Sequence record: SRR31156797_826
Strand: one strand, 5' to 3'
Length of the DNA: 20,000 nucleotides
Shown here piece after piece: positions 8,967 through 16,787 of this stretch; position 1 is the first letter of the stretch; each line of letters opens with the position of its first letter. The notes under the pieces are model-generated. The model was not told the origin of the DNA and made no database searches. It saw only the letters and a program-made list of their open reading frames with translations. Made by a program: the position numbers and the translations under genes.

Positions 8967-10064
8967 TCAGTTTCTGATGCGGATACCGTCCTTCTCAAAA
9001 ATAATTCTCCTATAGATAGGCTCCTGATATGCAATCAGCCTATACGGGTCTACTTGCAGGAAGTCATTATATATCTCTCCTGCTTTCAGGGCAACATCTA
9101 CATCTGCAAATTTATCAGGATATATTACCTTGCCCATGAAATAGGCCGTGAGGAAAATATTTTCTATATTAGAGTTATACCAGTTATAAGGCATTATACT
9201 GTATACGTGATTGTTCTTCGTTGCGCTCAATAAGCTGATAAACGGATAAAGCCTGCCGTAATCTTTCTTAAGAGCATCAAGCCCTGTCACGTCGTAAAAG
9301 ATAAATTCCGGCTGAGCTTTCAATATGGATTCCATCTGCATCATTAAATGCGTACCCATCCCGCCCTCAGCTTTGATATCATCAGCTATGTTGTGCAGGT
9401 TAAGCATCTGGCATGACGGATGGTCTCGCTCAGTGCTGTTAAAGCCACGGCTCCCCTTATAGGCAACAGAAGCCATAAAAACTGATTTCGTTTTTTCGCC
9501 CTCAACCCTCTGGATGATATCTTTACGCATGAGCGCTATCTTGTTCATAAGGTTCTGGGTAATTTTCTGAGTATGGACGATATAACCTATCTGCCTGATA
9601 GATTTCATTATTATATCGATATCAACATGACCTACGCTACCGTATGAAAGCCCAACAACGGGTATGTTAGTCATACGGCTGATAGTATCCATCTGAGCAG
9701 GGGTGAATGCGACCGCAAAGATAACATCTGCCTCACTGATAAGCAGCTTTTCGATATCCGGCATTTTCCCTGGACCGCCAGCGGATATTACAGGTAATTC
9801 GTAATAGCTTTTAGGTATTTTATAAGTGTAAGGTCTGAGCGGTTTAGACAGTTTATCTTCGAAAAGCTCACGCCCGACAACCTTGTCCTGTGCGCCGGCG
9901 TAGGTAATCAGCCTGAGTGCGCCAGGTCCGATCGCAATAACACGATCTACCTTATCAGGTATATAAACTGTTCTTCCAAAAAGATCTTTGACGCTGACCG
10001 CATGTGCGAAGCCCAAGTTAAACGTAAATAGCAGTGCAATAAAAACAAATAAAATATATCTCAT
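8967..10064 (-). CDS. Periplasmic binding protein of a FecB/BtuF (TroA-like) ABC importer
   Basis: Signal peptide MRYILFVFIALLFTFNLGFAHA, then VKDLFGRTVYIP..VDRVIAIG and PDIEKLL...ADVIF. AGAGGA RBS before ATG 10064. Confidence 0.88.
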   Translation of the reverse strand: MRYILFVFIALLFTFNLGFAHAVSVKDLFGRTVYIPDKVDRVIAIGPGALRLITYAGAQDKVVGRELFEDKLSKPLRPYTYKIPKSYYELPVISAGGPGKMPDIEKLLISEADVIFAVAFTPAQMDTISRMTNIPVVGLSYGSVGHVDIDIIMKSIRQIGYIVHTQKITQNLMNKIALMRKDIIQRVEGEKTKSVFMASVAYKGSRGFNSTERDHPSCQMLNLHNIADDIKAEGGMGTHLMMQMESILKAQPEFIFYDVTGLDALKKDYGRLYPFISLLSATKNNHVYSIMPYNWYNSNIENIFLTAYFMGKVIYPDKFADVDVALKAGEIYNDFLQVDPYRLIAYQEPIYRRIIFEKDGIRIRN

Positions 10065-10129
10065 AGTATCCTCTATGGTATCTACTGGAATGATATCTAA
10101 AATGAGGCGATGGCGCAATAAAATATTAT

Positions 10130-10157
10130 TGACATAATAACCTTATATATTATGTTA
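10130..10157. promoter_or_regulatory. Palindromic candidate operator overlapping a TTGACA -35 box
   Basis: TGACATAATA-N8-TATTATGTTA, 9/10 inverted match, in the divergent intergenic region. TTGACA at 10129-10134. Confidence 0.5.
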
Positions 10158-10194
10158 CTACTGTTATTAAATTTTATTACATAATGGTGAAAAC

Positions 10195-10647
10195 ATGTCT
10201 GACTCTATCGCTGTAAATGCCTCCATAGATGCTGTTAAACTTTTCAAAGCGGGTTACCACTGCTCAGAGGCGGTTTTACTAGCTTTCGAAAAACATACGG
10301 AGAAGGAATTCTCTGACGACTGCAAAAGAGGAATGTCAGCTTTTGTTGAAGGTGTTGGCACATCGGGATGTATATGCGGCGCACTCGCTGGAGGAGTTTT
10401 TGTTCTAAGCACTATGGGCGGACGACTCGACCCTAAGGAGAAAACAACCCATCTCGAAAAGGTTGTTAAAGAGCTCCACGATAGCTTTAGGGAAGAATTC
10501 AAATCAGCCTGTTGCAGGGTTATAAAAAAGAACAGCTCAAAGGTTTTCGGTATCGGAAAATACAATTCCTGTCATAAAACAGTAGATTTCGTCTCAATGA
10601 AGATAGTTGAACTCGCTCAGCGTGAAGGCTGGATCGCCAACGACTAG
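10195..10647 (+). CDS. C-GCAxxG-C-C family putative redox-active protein
   Basis: YHCSEAV, CICGALAGG, SACCRVI and SCHK give the cysteine pattern diagnostic of the family. Confidence 0.88.
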   Translation: MSDSIAVNASIDAVKLFKAGYHCSEAVLLAFEKHTEKEFSDDCKRGMSAFVEGVGTSGCICGALAGGVFVLSTMGGRLDPKEKTTHLEKVVKELHDSFREEFKSACCRVIKKNSSKVFGIGKYNSCHKTVDFVSMKIVELAQREGWIAND

Positions 10648-10649
10648 GG

Positions 10650-10883
10650 CTTATCACAATACTGTAAATGTAGTTTGAACTACCAGGTTTTACGGCTCAC
10701 TTTGTTAGCCTGATATTACTATCTATAGGCGCCAATCACAATGTTGCGCAAAGTTTTAAATGTCTATATCTCATCTTTTTTAGAAATGATTAATCCTTCT
10801 TAATATAGCGAGCGACAAGCTGGAGCGTATAGGCTTATACCATCAGACTATTTCACGACTTAGTGCTATGCCAGTCCTGCAAG
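10650..10883 (+). repeat. Second, degenerate copy of the MITE-like element (motif A 10650-10715, motif B 10810-10883)
   Basis: Same A...B order as 6865-7153. Begins 2 nt after a TAG stop and ends GTGCTATGCCAGTCCTGCAAG, a decayed terminal inverted repeat. Confidence 0.65.
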
Positions 10884-10886
10884 GAC

Positions 10887-11048
10887 AAAAAAATCCCGGC
10901 AACATGCTTTAAGGGGGGAGGAGGGATAAAGCATAGAGATTGCCGGGCAAAAGTCCTTAGTTATTTACCGATTCTATTATTCTATATTTTAAAAAGAGTA
11001 CTGTTATGCAATTAATAAACAATAAAGTTTTAAATCTGAGTTTTCCTA
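10887..11048 (-). ncRNA. Candidate small RNA with a C-rich anti-SD hairpin loop
   Basis: Lies between a consensus promoter (11055-11082) and a 3' hairpin plus T7: CCCGGCAA..ATGCTTTA-[TCCCTCCTCCCCCCT]-TAAAGCAT.TTGCCGGG-ATTTTTTT. No ORF with an RBS. Confidence 0.6.
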
Positions 11049-11054
11049 CTACTA

Positions 11055-11082
11055 ATTATAGTAGTTCAAAAGATGATGTCAA
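11055..11082 (-). promoter_or_regulatory. Consensus sigma70 promoter with no downstream CDS
   Basis: Minus strand reads TTGACA-N16-TATAAT, immediately after the cimA terminator. Confidence 0.75.
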
Positions 11083-11086
11083 GGAT

Positions 11087-11115
11087 AAAAAAAGCCGCCC
11101 TGAGTAGAGCGGCTT
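11087..11115 (-). terminator. Intrinsic terminator of the hom-apgM-lysC-cimA operon
   Basis: AAGCCGCTC-TACTCA-GGGCGGC-TTTTTTT, starting 8 nt after the cimA stop. Confidence 0.9.
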
Positions 11116-11123
11116 ATCGTTAG

Positions 11124-12710
11124 CTAGTTTACTTTTTCTTTATCTTTCAAAAGTTTATATTCTATCGAGTCCATCAATGCCTGATATGAGGCATCAACAA
11201 TATTTGTTGCAACCCCCACTGTGCCCCACATAGAGTCCGAATCTTTCGATTCTATAAGAACCCTTGTTAAAGCCTCAGTTCCGGTTCCCGCTGTAAGGAT
11301 TCTCACCTTATAGTCAACGAGTTTCATGTCGTCGAGATTAGGGTAAAACTTAAGAAGAGCTTTTCTGATAGCGAAGTCGATAGCATTCACAGGACCGTTA
11401 CCAGTCGCTGCTGTGTGCTCTTTTTCACCATTAACTTCAAGCATTACAGTCGCCTCAGCGAGTGGATCCTCACCGCTTGACCTCTTCTCATCGAGAACTC
11501 TATAGCTCATTGAGTCGAAGAAAGGTGTGAAGGTTCCCATGGTTTTACGCATAAGTAGTTCAAAAGAAGCTTCTGCACCTTCGTACTGGAAGCCTTTGTT
11601 TTCAAGCTCTTTAAGACGCTCAACAACAGCGTTAACCTTAGGGTCGCTGCTGTCTACATCAAGACCGAAGTCTTTAGCCTTATATATAAGGTTAGACTTA
11701 CCGGAGAGGTCAGAAAGGAGAACTCTCTGTCTGTTACCGACAAGTTCCGGCTCGATGTGCTCATATGTGCTGGAGTTCTTCATAATAGCGCTAACGTGCA
11801 CCCCGCCCTTGTGTGCGAACGCAGAACGTCCGACGTAAGGCTGGTGAATGTTATGCTTAAGGTTTCCAAGCTCATTTATGTATCTTGATACTGTTCTTAA
11901 ACTTTTAAGTTTTTCAGCCGGTACACAGTCGTAACCGTATTTAAGCTGAAGGTTAGGAATTACAGACATGATATTTGCGTTACCGCATCTCTCGCCGTAC
12001 CCATTGATAGTACCTTGAACTTGTGTGATACCGTTGCGCACAGCTATAATTGAGTTAGCAACAGCACAGTCACCGTCGTTATGGCAGTGGATACCTAGTG
12101 GATACTCACCAGTAACTTCCTTCTTAACCTCTTGAATGATGCTTGCGATCTCCTCTGGCATAGTACCGCCGTTAGTGTCGCAGAGGATGAGGCAGTCAGC
12201 CTTAGCATCCATAGCAGCTTTCAGGGTTTTAAGAGCATACTCTTTGTTCGCCTTATAGCCGTCAAAGAAGTGCTCAGCATCATAGAAAGCTCTGTCCACC
12301 TTAGTTTTAAGGTATGAGAGAGAGTCGTTTATAAGCTCAAGATTCTGATCAAGCTCGATTTTAAGGGCTTCAGTAACGTGAAGATCCCACGTCTTACCAA
12401 AGATGGTGAGATTAGGAACTTCAACCTCAAGGAGTGCCTGAATGTTCTCATCGTTGTCACAAGTTCTTTTAGCACGCCTTGTGCTTCCGAAAGCGGCGAT
12501 ATTGTCATCAGGTACAGACGATTCCTTCACAGCTTTGAAAAAGCCGATGTCCCTTGGGTTAGAGCCTGGCCATCCACCTTCGATATATCTGACACCGAAA
12601 TCATAAAGTGACTCAGCTATCTTAACTTTATCTTTGATAGTAAAATTTACGTCTTCCGACTGAGTACCATCTCTGAGCGTAGTGTCGTAAATCTCTACTC
12701 TTTTTGACAT
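11124..12710 (-). CDS. cimA: Citramalate synthase (Geobacter-type, DRE-TIM fold with LeuA-like regulatory domain)
   Basis: [39 protein letters not shown] and HKGGVH motifs. Confidence 0.92.
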   Translation of the reverse strand: MSKRVEIYDTTLRDGTQSEDVNFTIKDKVKIAESLYDFGVRYIEGGWPGSNPRDIGFFKAVKESSVPDDNIAAFGSTRRAKRTCDNDENIQALLEVEVPNLTIFGKTWDLHVTEALKIELDQNLELINDSLSYLKTKVDRAFYDAEHFFDGYKANKEYALKTLKAAMDAKADCLILCDTNGGTMPEEIASIIQEVKKEVTGEYPLGIHCHNDGDCAVANSIIAVRNGITQVQGTINGYGERCGNANIMSVIPNLQLKYGYDCVPAEKLKSLRTVSRYINELGNLKHNIHQPYVGRSAFAHKGGVHVSAIMKNSSTYEHIEPELVGNRQRVLLSDLSGKSNLIYKAKDFGLDVDSSDPKVNAVVERLKELENKGFQYEGAEASFELLMRKTMGTFTPFFDSMSYRVLDEKRSSGEDPLAEATVMLEVNGEKEHTAATGNGPVNAIDFAIRKALLKFYPNLDDMKLVDYKVRILTAGTGTEALTRVLIESKDSDSMWGTVGVATNIVDASYQALMDSIEYKLLKDKEKVN

Positions 12711-12728
12711 AATAATTCTCCGAAGTTT

Positions 12729-13202
12729 TTACGCTTCAACAAAAGCCTTGTGGAGAGTCTGAACAGCAAGCTCAGCATACTTCTCGTCCACTACACATGA
12801 AACTTTTATCTCACTGGTTGTTATCATCATAAGGTTAACGCCTTCATCAGCCAGCAGTGTAAACATTTTAGCAGCTACACCGGAGTGGCTTCTCATTCCA
12901 ACGCCTACAATACTAACTTTGGCGATGTCTTCGTCTGCCAGAACCTCCTTGGCGCCAATTTCTTTTGCAACAGCAGTGCAAACTTCCTTAGCTTTGATGA
13001 TATCAGTCTTCTGAACAGTGAAAGAGAGATCAGTATTACCCTCTTTACTAACGTTCTGAACGATAACGTCTACGTTTATATTATCTTCTGCGATTTTATT
13101 AAAAATAGTTGATGCTATACCTGGCTGATCAGGTACTTCAGTGATAGTCAGTTTAGCCTGATTTTTATCAGCAACAACACCAGTTACTACAACCTGCTCC
13201 AT
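12729..13202 (-). CDS. Probable aspartate kinase beta subunit from an in-frame internal start (Met248)
   Basis: Internal AAAGGAGG 8 nt upstream of in-frame ATG 13202 ([13 protein letters not shown]), at the kinase/ACT domain boundary. Confidence 0.65.
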   Translation of the reverse strand: MEQVVVTGVVADKNQAKLTITEVPDQPGIASTIFNKIAEDNINVDVIVQNVSKEGNTDLSFTVQKTDIIKAKEVCTAVAKEIGAKEVLADEDIAKVSIVGVGMRSHSGVAAKMFTLLADEGVNLMMITTSEIKVSCVVDEKYAELAVQTLHKAFVEA

Positions 13203-13943
13203 TTCATCGTCCTCCTTTGTTACAAGTGTTCCCGGTTTGTCCTCCATAGAGGAGAGTACAAGAATATCTACGTCGTGGTTCATTCCAAGCTCTACACATC
13301 TTGACTGGAGCACTTTCGCTCCGAGTGATGCGAGTTCAAGCATCTCATCGTAAGAGATTTTATCGAGCTTTTTAGCGTTTTTAACAACCCTTGGGTCTGC
13401 TGTGTAAATACCGTCAACGTCGGTGTAAATCTCACAAACGTTAGCTTTAAGTGCAGCAGCGATAGCAACAGCAGTAGTGTCTGAACCGCCTCTTCCGAGA
13501 GTATTTATATCATCGGTATTCGGGTCGAGACCCTGAAAACCTGCGCATATACAAATTTTGCCTTCCTTGAGCTCCTTGAAAATTCTATCAGGGTTAATCT
13601 CAAGAATACGGCTCTTAGAGTATGAACCGTCCGTTATCATACCAAACTGGTATCCCGTAAGTGAAACAGCAGGATATCCCATCGTAATAAGTGTCTGAGC
13701 TACCAGAGGCGTGCTAGCCGTCTCTCCGGTATGTACAAGTTGGTCGTATTCACGAGCACTAAAGTTCTCGTCTACCTCTTTCAGAAGATTGATGAGTCTA
13801 TCTGTCTCCCCTGCCATAGCAGAGCATGTGACAACAACGTCATGCCCTTCTCTCTTCTTCTTTGCGATAATTTCCGCAACATTTCTGATCCGTTCCAGAG
13901 AACCTACGCTGGTTCCTCCGAACTTCATAACAACAATGCCCAC
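12729..13943 (-). CDS. lysC: Aspartate kinase with two ACT domains
   Basis: [32 protein letters not shown] start with AAGGAGGGA RBS. Confidence 0.96.
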   Translation of the reverse strand: MGIVVMKFGGTSVGSLERIRNVAEIIAKKKREGHDVVVTCSAMAGETDRLINLLKEVDENFSAREYDQLVHTGETASTPLVAQTLITMGYPAVSLTGYQFGMITDGSYSKSRILEINPDRIFKELKEGKICICAGFQGLDPNTDDINTLGRGGSDTTAVAIAAALKANVCEIYTDVDGIYTADPRVVKNAKKLDKISYDEMLELASLGAKVLQSRCVELGMNHDVDILVLSSMEDKPGTLVTKEDDEMEQVVVTGVVADKNQAKLTITEVPDQPGIASTIFNKIAEDNINVDVIVQNVSKEGNTDLSFTVQKTDIIKAKEVCTAVAKEIGAKEVLADEDIAKVSIVGVGMRSHSGVAAKMFTLLADEGVNLMMITTSEIKVSCVVDEKYAELAVQTLHKAFVEA

Positions 13944-13961
13944 AGGTCCCTCCTTGTGTGG

Positions 13962-15128
13962 CTAACCGTTTATAACGGCGCTTTTAAGAAAAAATTCCGC
14001 GATCTTGTATCCGTCCTCTATAAAGAAGGTCGGTTTCATAAATTCGTCATAGGTCTGATTTTCATCAGGGTTCACACCGCTTCCGAATATTATTGCAGGT
14101 ACAGGCTCTGCAACGTGTGTGCGGAGCTTTACAGGTGTCGGGTGGTCAGGGGAAACGAGTATCCTGAAATCACCATATTTCTTCATCCCTTCGAGTATGA
14201 TAGGGATCATTCTGCTATCGATATTCTCAACAGCTTCTATCTTAGTTTCGATAACGCCCATATGACCAGCCTCGTCAGCCGCCTCTACATGGAGAAAGAC
14301 GTAATCTACATCTTCGAAAGCCTTAACAGCATACTCAGCCTTACCTTCGAAATTAGTGTCTATAAATCCGGTTGCACCCGGAACAGTAAGAACATCCATT
14401 CCGCCAAAGTTGCCTATCCCTCTTATGAGGTCAACAGCAGCAACAACAGAACCGTCCATACCGTAAAGGTCTTTGAAAAGAGGCATAGAAGGACGTTTCC
14501 CTTCGCCCCAGAACCATATACCGTTCGCACGGGCATAATCGCCACCAGCAAAAACAGCCTTCGCACGCTCCATAACATCAATCAGCTTATCAGCACCCTT
14601 CCCTTTCGGGAGATGCTCTTTAGCATTTTGCCCCATGATGTCGTGCGGTGCGGTAGTCGTAAGGTCAAAGTCGACATTACGAAGTATCATAAGGTTTCTG
14701 AAACCGAGCCCCTTATGGAACTCGACACCTTCAGCCTTGAACATCTCATTAAGAGCGTCCACAGCCTTAGATGCGGTTTCGTTATCTATATGGTGAGCGG
14801 CATTATCTTCCATTATGTCACCGTCAAAAGTGACGAGATTACATCTGAAAGACATATCATTTTCGCCAAGCTCTATGCCGGAACTGCCAGCCTCAAGCGG
14901 GCTTCTGCCGGAGTAATACTTAGTCGGGTCGTAGCCTAGCATAGAGAGGTTACATATATCACTTCCGGGGTAGTAACCGTCCGGAGTGGTTTTGATGAAT
15001 CCGCCGACACCATTTTTAGCCATATAGTCCAGATTAGGAGTATTGGCGTGTTGCATAATAGTTTTTCCGCCGAGTTCATCTATCTTCAGGTCGCTCATTC
15101 CATCTGTGAGCAATACCAGATATTTCAT
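13962..15128 (-). CDS. apgM: ApgM-type cofactor-independent phosphoglycerate mutase family protein (proposed homoserine kinase subfamily)
   Basis: DGMSD, PGSDICN, GRSPLEA, EAADEAGH, PDHPTP..RTH. Located between hom and lysC. Confidence 0.88.
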   Translation of the reverse strand: MKYLVLLTDGMSDLKIDELGGKTIMQHANTPNLDYMAKNGVGGFIKTTPDGYYPGSDICNLSMLGYDPTKYYSGRSPLEAGSSGIELGENDMSFRCNLVTFDGDIMEDNAAHHIDNETASKAVDALNEMFKAEGVEFHKGLGFRNLMILRNVDFDLTTTAPHDIMGQNAKEHLPKGKGADKLIDVMERAKAVFAGGDYARANGIWFWGEGKRPSMPLFKDLYGMDGSVVAAVDLIRGIGNFGGMDVLTVPGATGFIDTNFEGKAEYAVKAFEDVDYVFLHVEAADEAGHMGVIETKIEAVENIDSRMIPIILEGMKKYGDFRILVSPDHPTPVKLRTHVAEPVPAIIFGSGVNPDENQTYDEFMKPTFFIEDGYKIAEFFLKSAVING

Positions 15129-16448
15129 TTATACAAGCTCCTTAACACGGATAGCCATTGTCTTGTCTTTTATAACATCAGATCTGTCTATCTCTGCGAT
15201 GGCGTCGTAAATCTTCCTTGTGATAGTTTTATGAGTCATGAAAACCATGCTCACAGCCTCACCAGGTGCACGCTCGTCCGTCTGTATAGCCTCAGAAATG
15301 CTGATGCCGTATTTAGCGAGAACGCCGGCTATCATAGCCATTGATCCAGGCTCGTCCACCACGCTGAAACGAAGGTAGAAAGCGGACTGGATGTCTTTTA
15401 TGTCCTTAACAGGATAGTAGTAAGTATAGTCTTTTTTGAATCCGAGTATAGGAGTTCTTTTACCACAGCCAGCGGCTATGTCACGGGCAAGCCCGATAAC
15501 ATCACCAACAACAGCAGAACCAGTAGGTTTACCGCCTGCACCACGTCCGTAATGCATCGTTTTGTCTGCCATATCACTGATGATCTCAACAGCGTTAAAA
15601 ACACCGTCAACCTGAGCCATAAGCTCGCTGTCAGGAAGCATTGTAGGGTGAACCCTTACCTCGATGTCGTCCTCGTGCTTCTTAGCGATAGCGAGGAGTT
15701 TTATCTTACAGTCGAGCTTTCTTGCAAACTCGATATCAGTCTGAGTGATACTTGTGATGCCTTCAACGTAAATTTTCTCAAAAGGTATAAGTGTGTTAAA
15801 CCCCATAGAAGCTAGTATTGCTATCTTATGAGCTGCGTCCACTCCCTCTATGTCGAAAGTCGGGTCAGCCTCAGCATAGCCAAGCTCCTGAGCAGACTTA
15901 AGTACATCAGCGAACTCCAAACCTTCCTTCTCCATCTTAGAGAGGATATAGTTTGCTGTACCGTTGATGATACCAAAAACTTCTTTGATATTGTTTCCTG
16001 CGAGATCCTCTTTAATAACTCTGAGAACAGGGATACCACCGCCAACAGCACCTTCGAAAAGGATGCTGACGTTGTTCATCTCAGCCGCCTGATAAAGCTC
16101 TGTTCCGTGCATAGCGAAAAGCGCCTTATTAGCAGACACAACATGTTTCTTAGCGTTTAAAGCCTTGATAATGAAGTCTTTGGCGTGGGTATATCCGCCG
16201 ATAAGCTCAACTACTATGTGAATCTCAGGGTCGTTAATGATGTCGTCTGCATTATTCGTAACTACTTCACATTGCTTAAGAAGCTCGTCAGGGTTTGCCG
16301 TGTCGACTGCAAGGTCTGCAACCGTCTTAAGGCATACATTTATTCCTGTATTTTCAAAAATCGTAGATTTGTTATTAATAAGTACCTCGGCAGTCCCTTT
16401 GCCTACTGTTCCGTAACCGATAAGTCCAACATTTACTTTGTCAGCCAT
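15129..16448 (-). CDS. hom: Homoserine dehydrogenase with C-terminal ACT domain
   Basis: GYGTVG, SANKAL, EGAVGGGIP, NGTANY, GYAEADP..D. Start at ATG 16448, following GGAGG. Confidence 0.97.
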   Translation of the reverse strand: MADKVNVGLIGYGTVGKGTAEVLINNKSTIFENTGINVCLKTVADLAVDTANPDELLKQCEVVTNNADDIINDPEIHIVVELIGGYTHAKDFIIKALNAKKHVVSANKALFAMHGTELYQAAEMNNVSILFEGAVGGGIPVLRVIKEDLAGNNIKEVFGIINGTANYILSKMEKEGLEFADVLKSAQELGYAEADPTFDIEGVDAAHKIAILASMGFNTLIPFEKIYVEGITSITQTDIEFARKLDCKIKLLAIAKKHEDDIEVRVHPTMLPDSELMAQVDGVFNAVEIISDMADKTMHYGRGAGGKPTGSAVVGDVIGLARDIAAGCGKRTPILGFKKDYTYYYPVKDIKDIQSAFYLRFSVVDEPGSMAMIAGVLAKYGISISEAIQTDERAPGEAVSMVFMTHKTITRKIYDAIAEIDRSDVIKDKTMAIRVKELV

Positions 16449-16501
16449 TGAATCCTCCATTTTTGGATATAGCTATACTGCGTAAAAAAATATGTTCGAT
16501 G

Positions 16502-16530
16502 ATATTAGTTTATTTCGGTACTATAGTCAA
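16502..16530 (-). promoter_or_regulatory. Putative sigma70 promoter of the hom operon
   Basis: Minus strand reads TTGACT-N17-TAATAT, about 55 nt upstream of hom. Confidence 0.55.
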
Positions 16531-16572
16531 GGTTGTGAGGGGTATTTAGGATAATTTTTCTCAGGTTTCTGG

Positions 16573-16649
16573 CTAGCAGCCCGTGGCACATCATAAAGTC
16601 GTGAAATTAGTAAATAATTCTGTAGTACAAGCGTTCCTGCTAGTCACTT
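16573..16649 (-). repeat. Repeat motif B copy 3 (solo element end, inverted orientation)
   Basis: Plus strand starts CTAGCAGCCCGTGGCA (compare TTAGCAGCCTGTGGCA at 6851). Minus strand reads AAGTGACTAGCAGGAACGC...ATTTCACGACTTTATGATGTGCCAC, matching 7078-7153 and 10810-10883. Confidence 0.75.
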
Positions 16650-16662
16650 ACCATAGTTACAA

Positions 16663-16696
16663 GTCATTGCGAGGAATGAGATGACGACGCAATCTC
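16663..16696 (+). repeat. CGTC-family REP-like palindromic unit
   Basis: GTCATTGCGAGG-AATGAGATGA-CGACGCAATCTC resembles the widespread GTCATTGCGAG...GCAATC repeat. Internal ATTGCG/CGCAAT stem. Confidence 0.6.
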
Positions 16697-16787
16697 AAAC
16701 CAAAATCAACCGACCATCAGGAGGTGGATAAACTTAGTCAGTACAAAAGGTTACAAAACTAACAACCTCGCCCGTCGATGCAATCGA

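Noticed and set aside
8960-10118. Longer ORF-track starts for the permease (9034) and binding protein (10118); likewise pyrR 4105 and hom 16460
   Set aside because: Downstream ATGs have better RBS or signal-peptide context and avoid long overlaps.
10065-10194. Cobalamin riboswitch upstream of the BtuF-like gene
   Set aside because: The region is only 130 bp, very AT-rich, and has no B12-box.
10895-10947. Plus-strand reading of the hairpin as a terminator for the C-GCAxxG-C-C gene, or as a GGA-loop CsrA sponge
   Set aside because: There is no U-tract on the plus strand and only a single loop. The promoter and U7 both point to the minus strand. Not fully excluded.
13731-14939. 402-aa plus-strand ORF antisense to apgM and lysC
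   Set aside because: No recognisable motifs or RBS, and it lies opposite clear housekeeping genes. Best explained as a shadow ORF produced by codon bias.
16719-16726. Perfect SD-like AGGAGGTG in the pyrD-hom spacer
   Set aside because: No properly spaced start codon or meaningful ORF follows.
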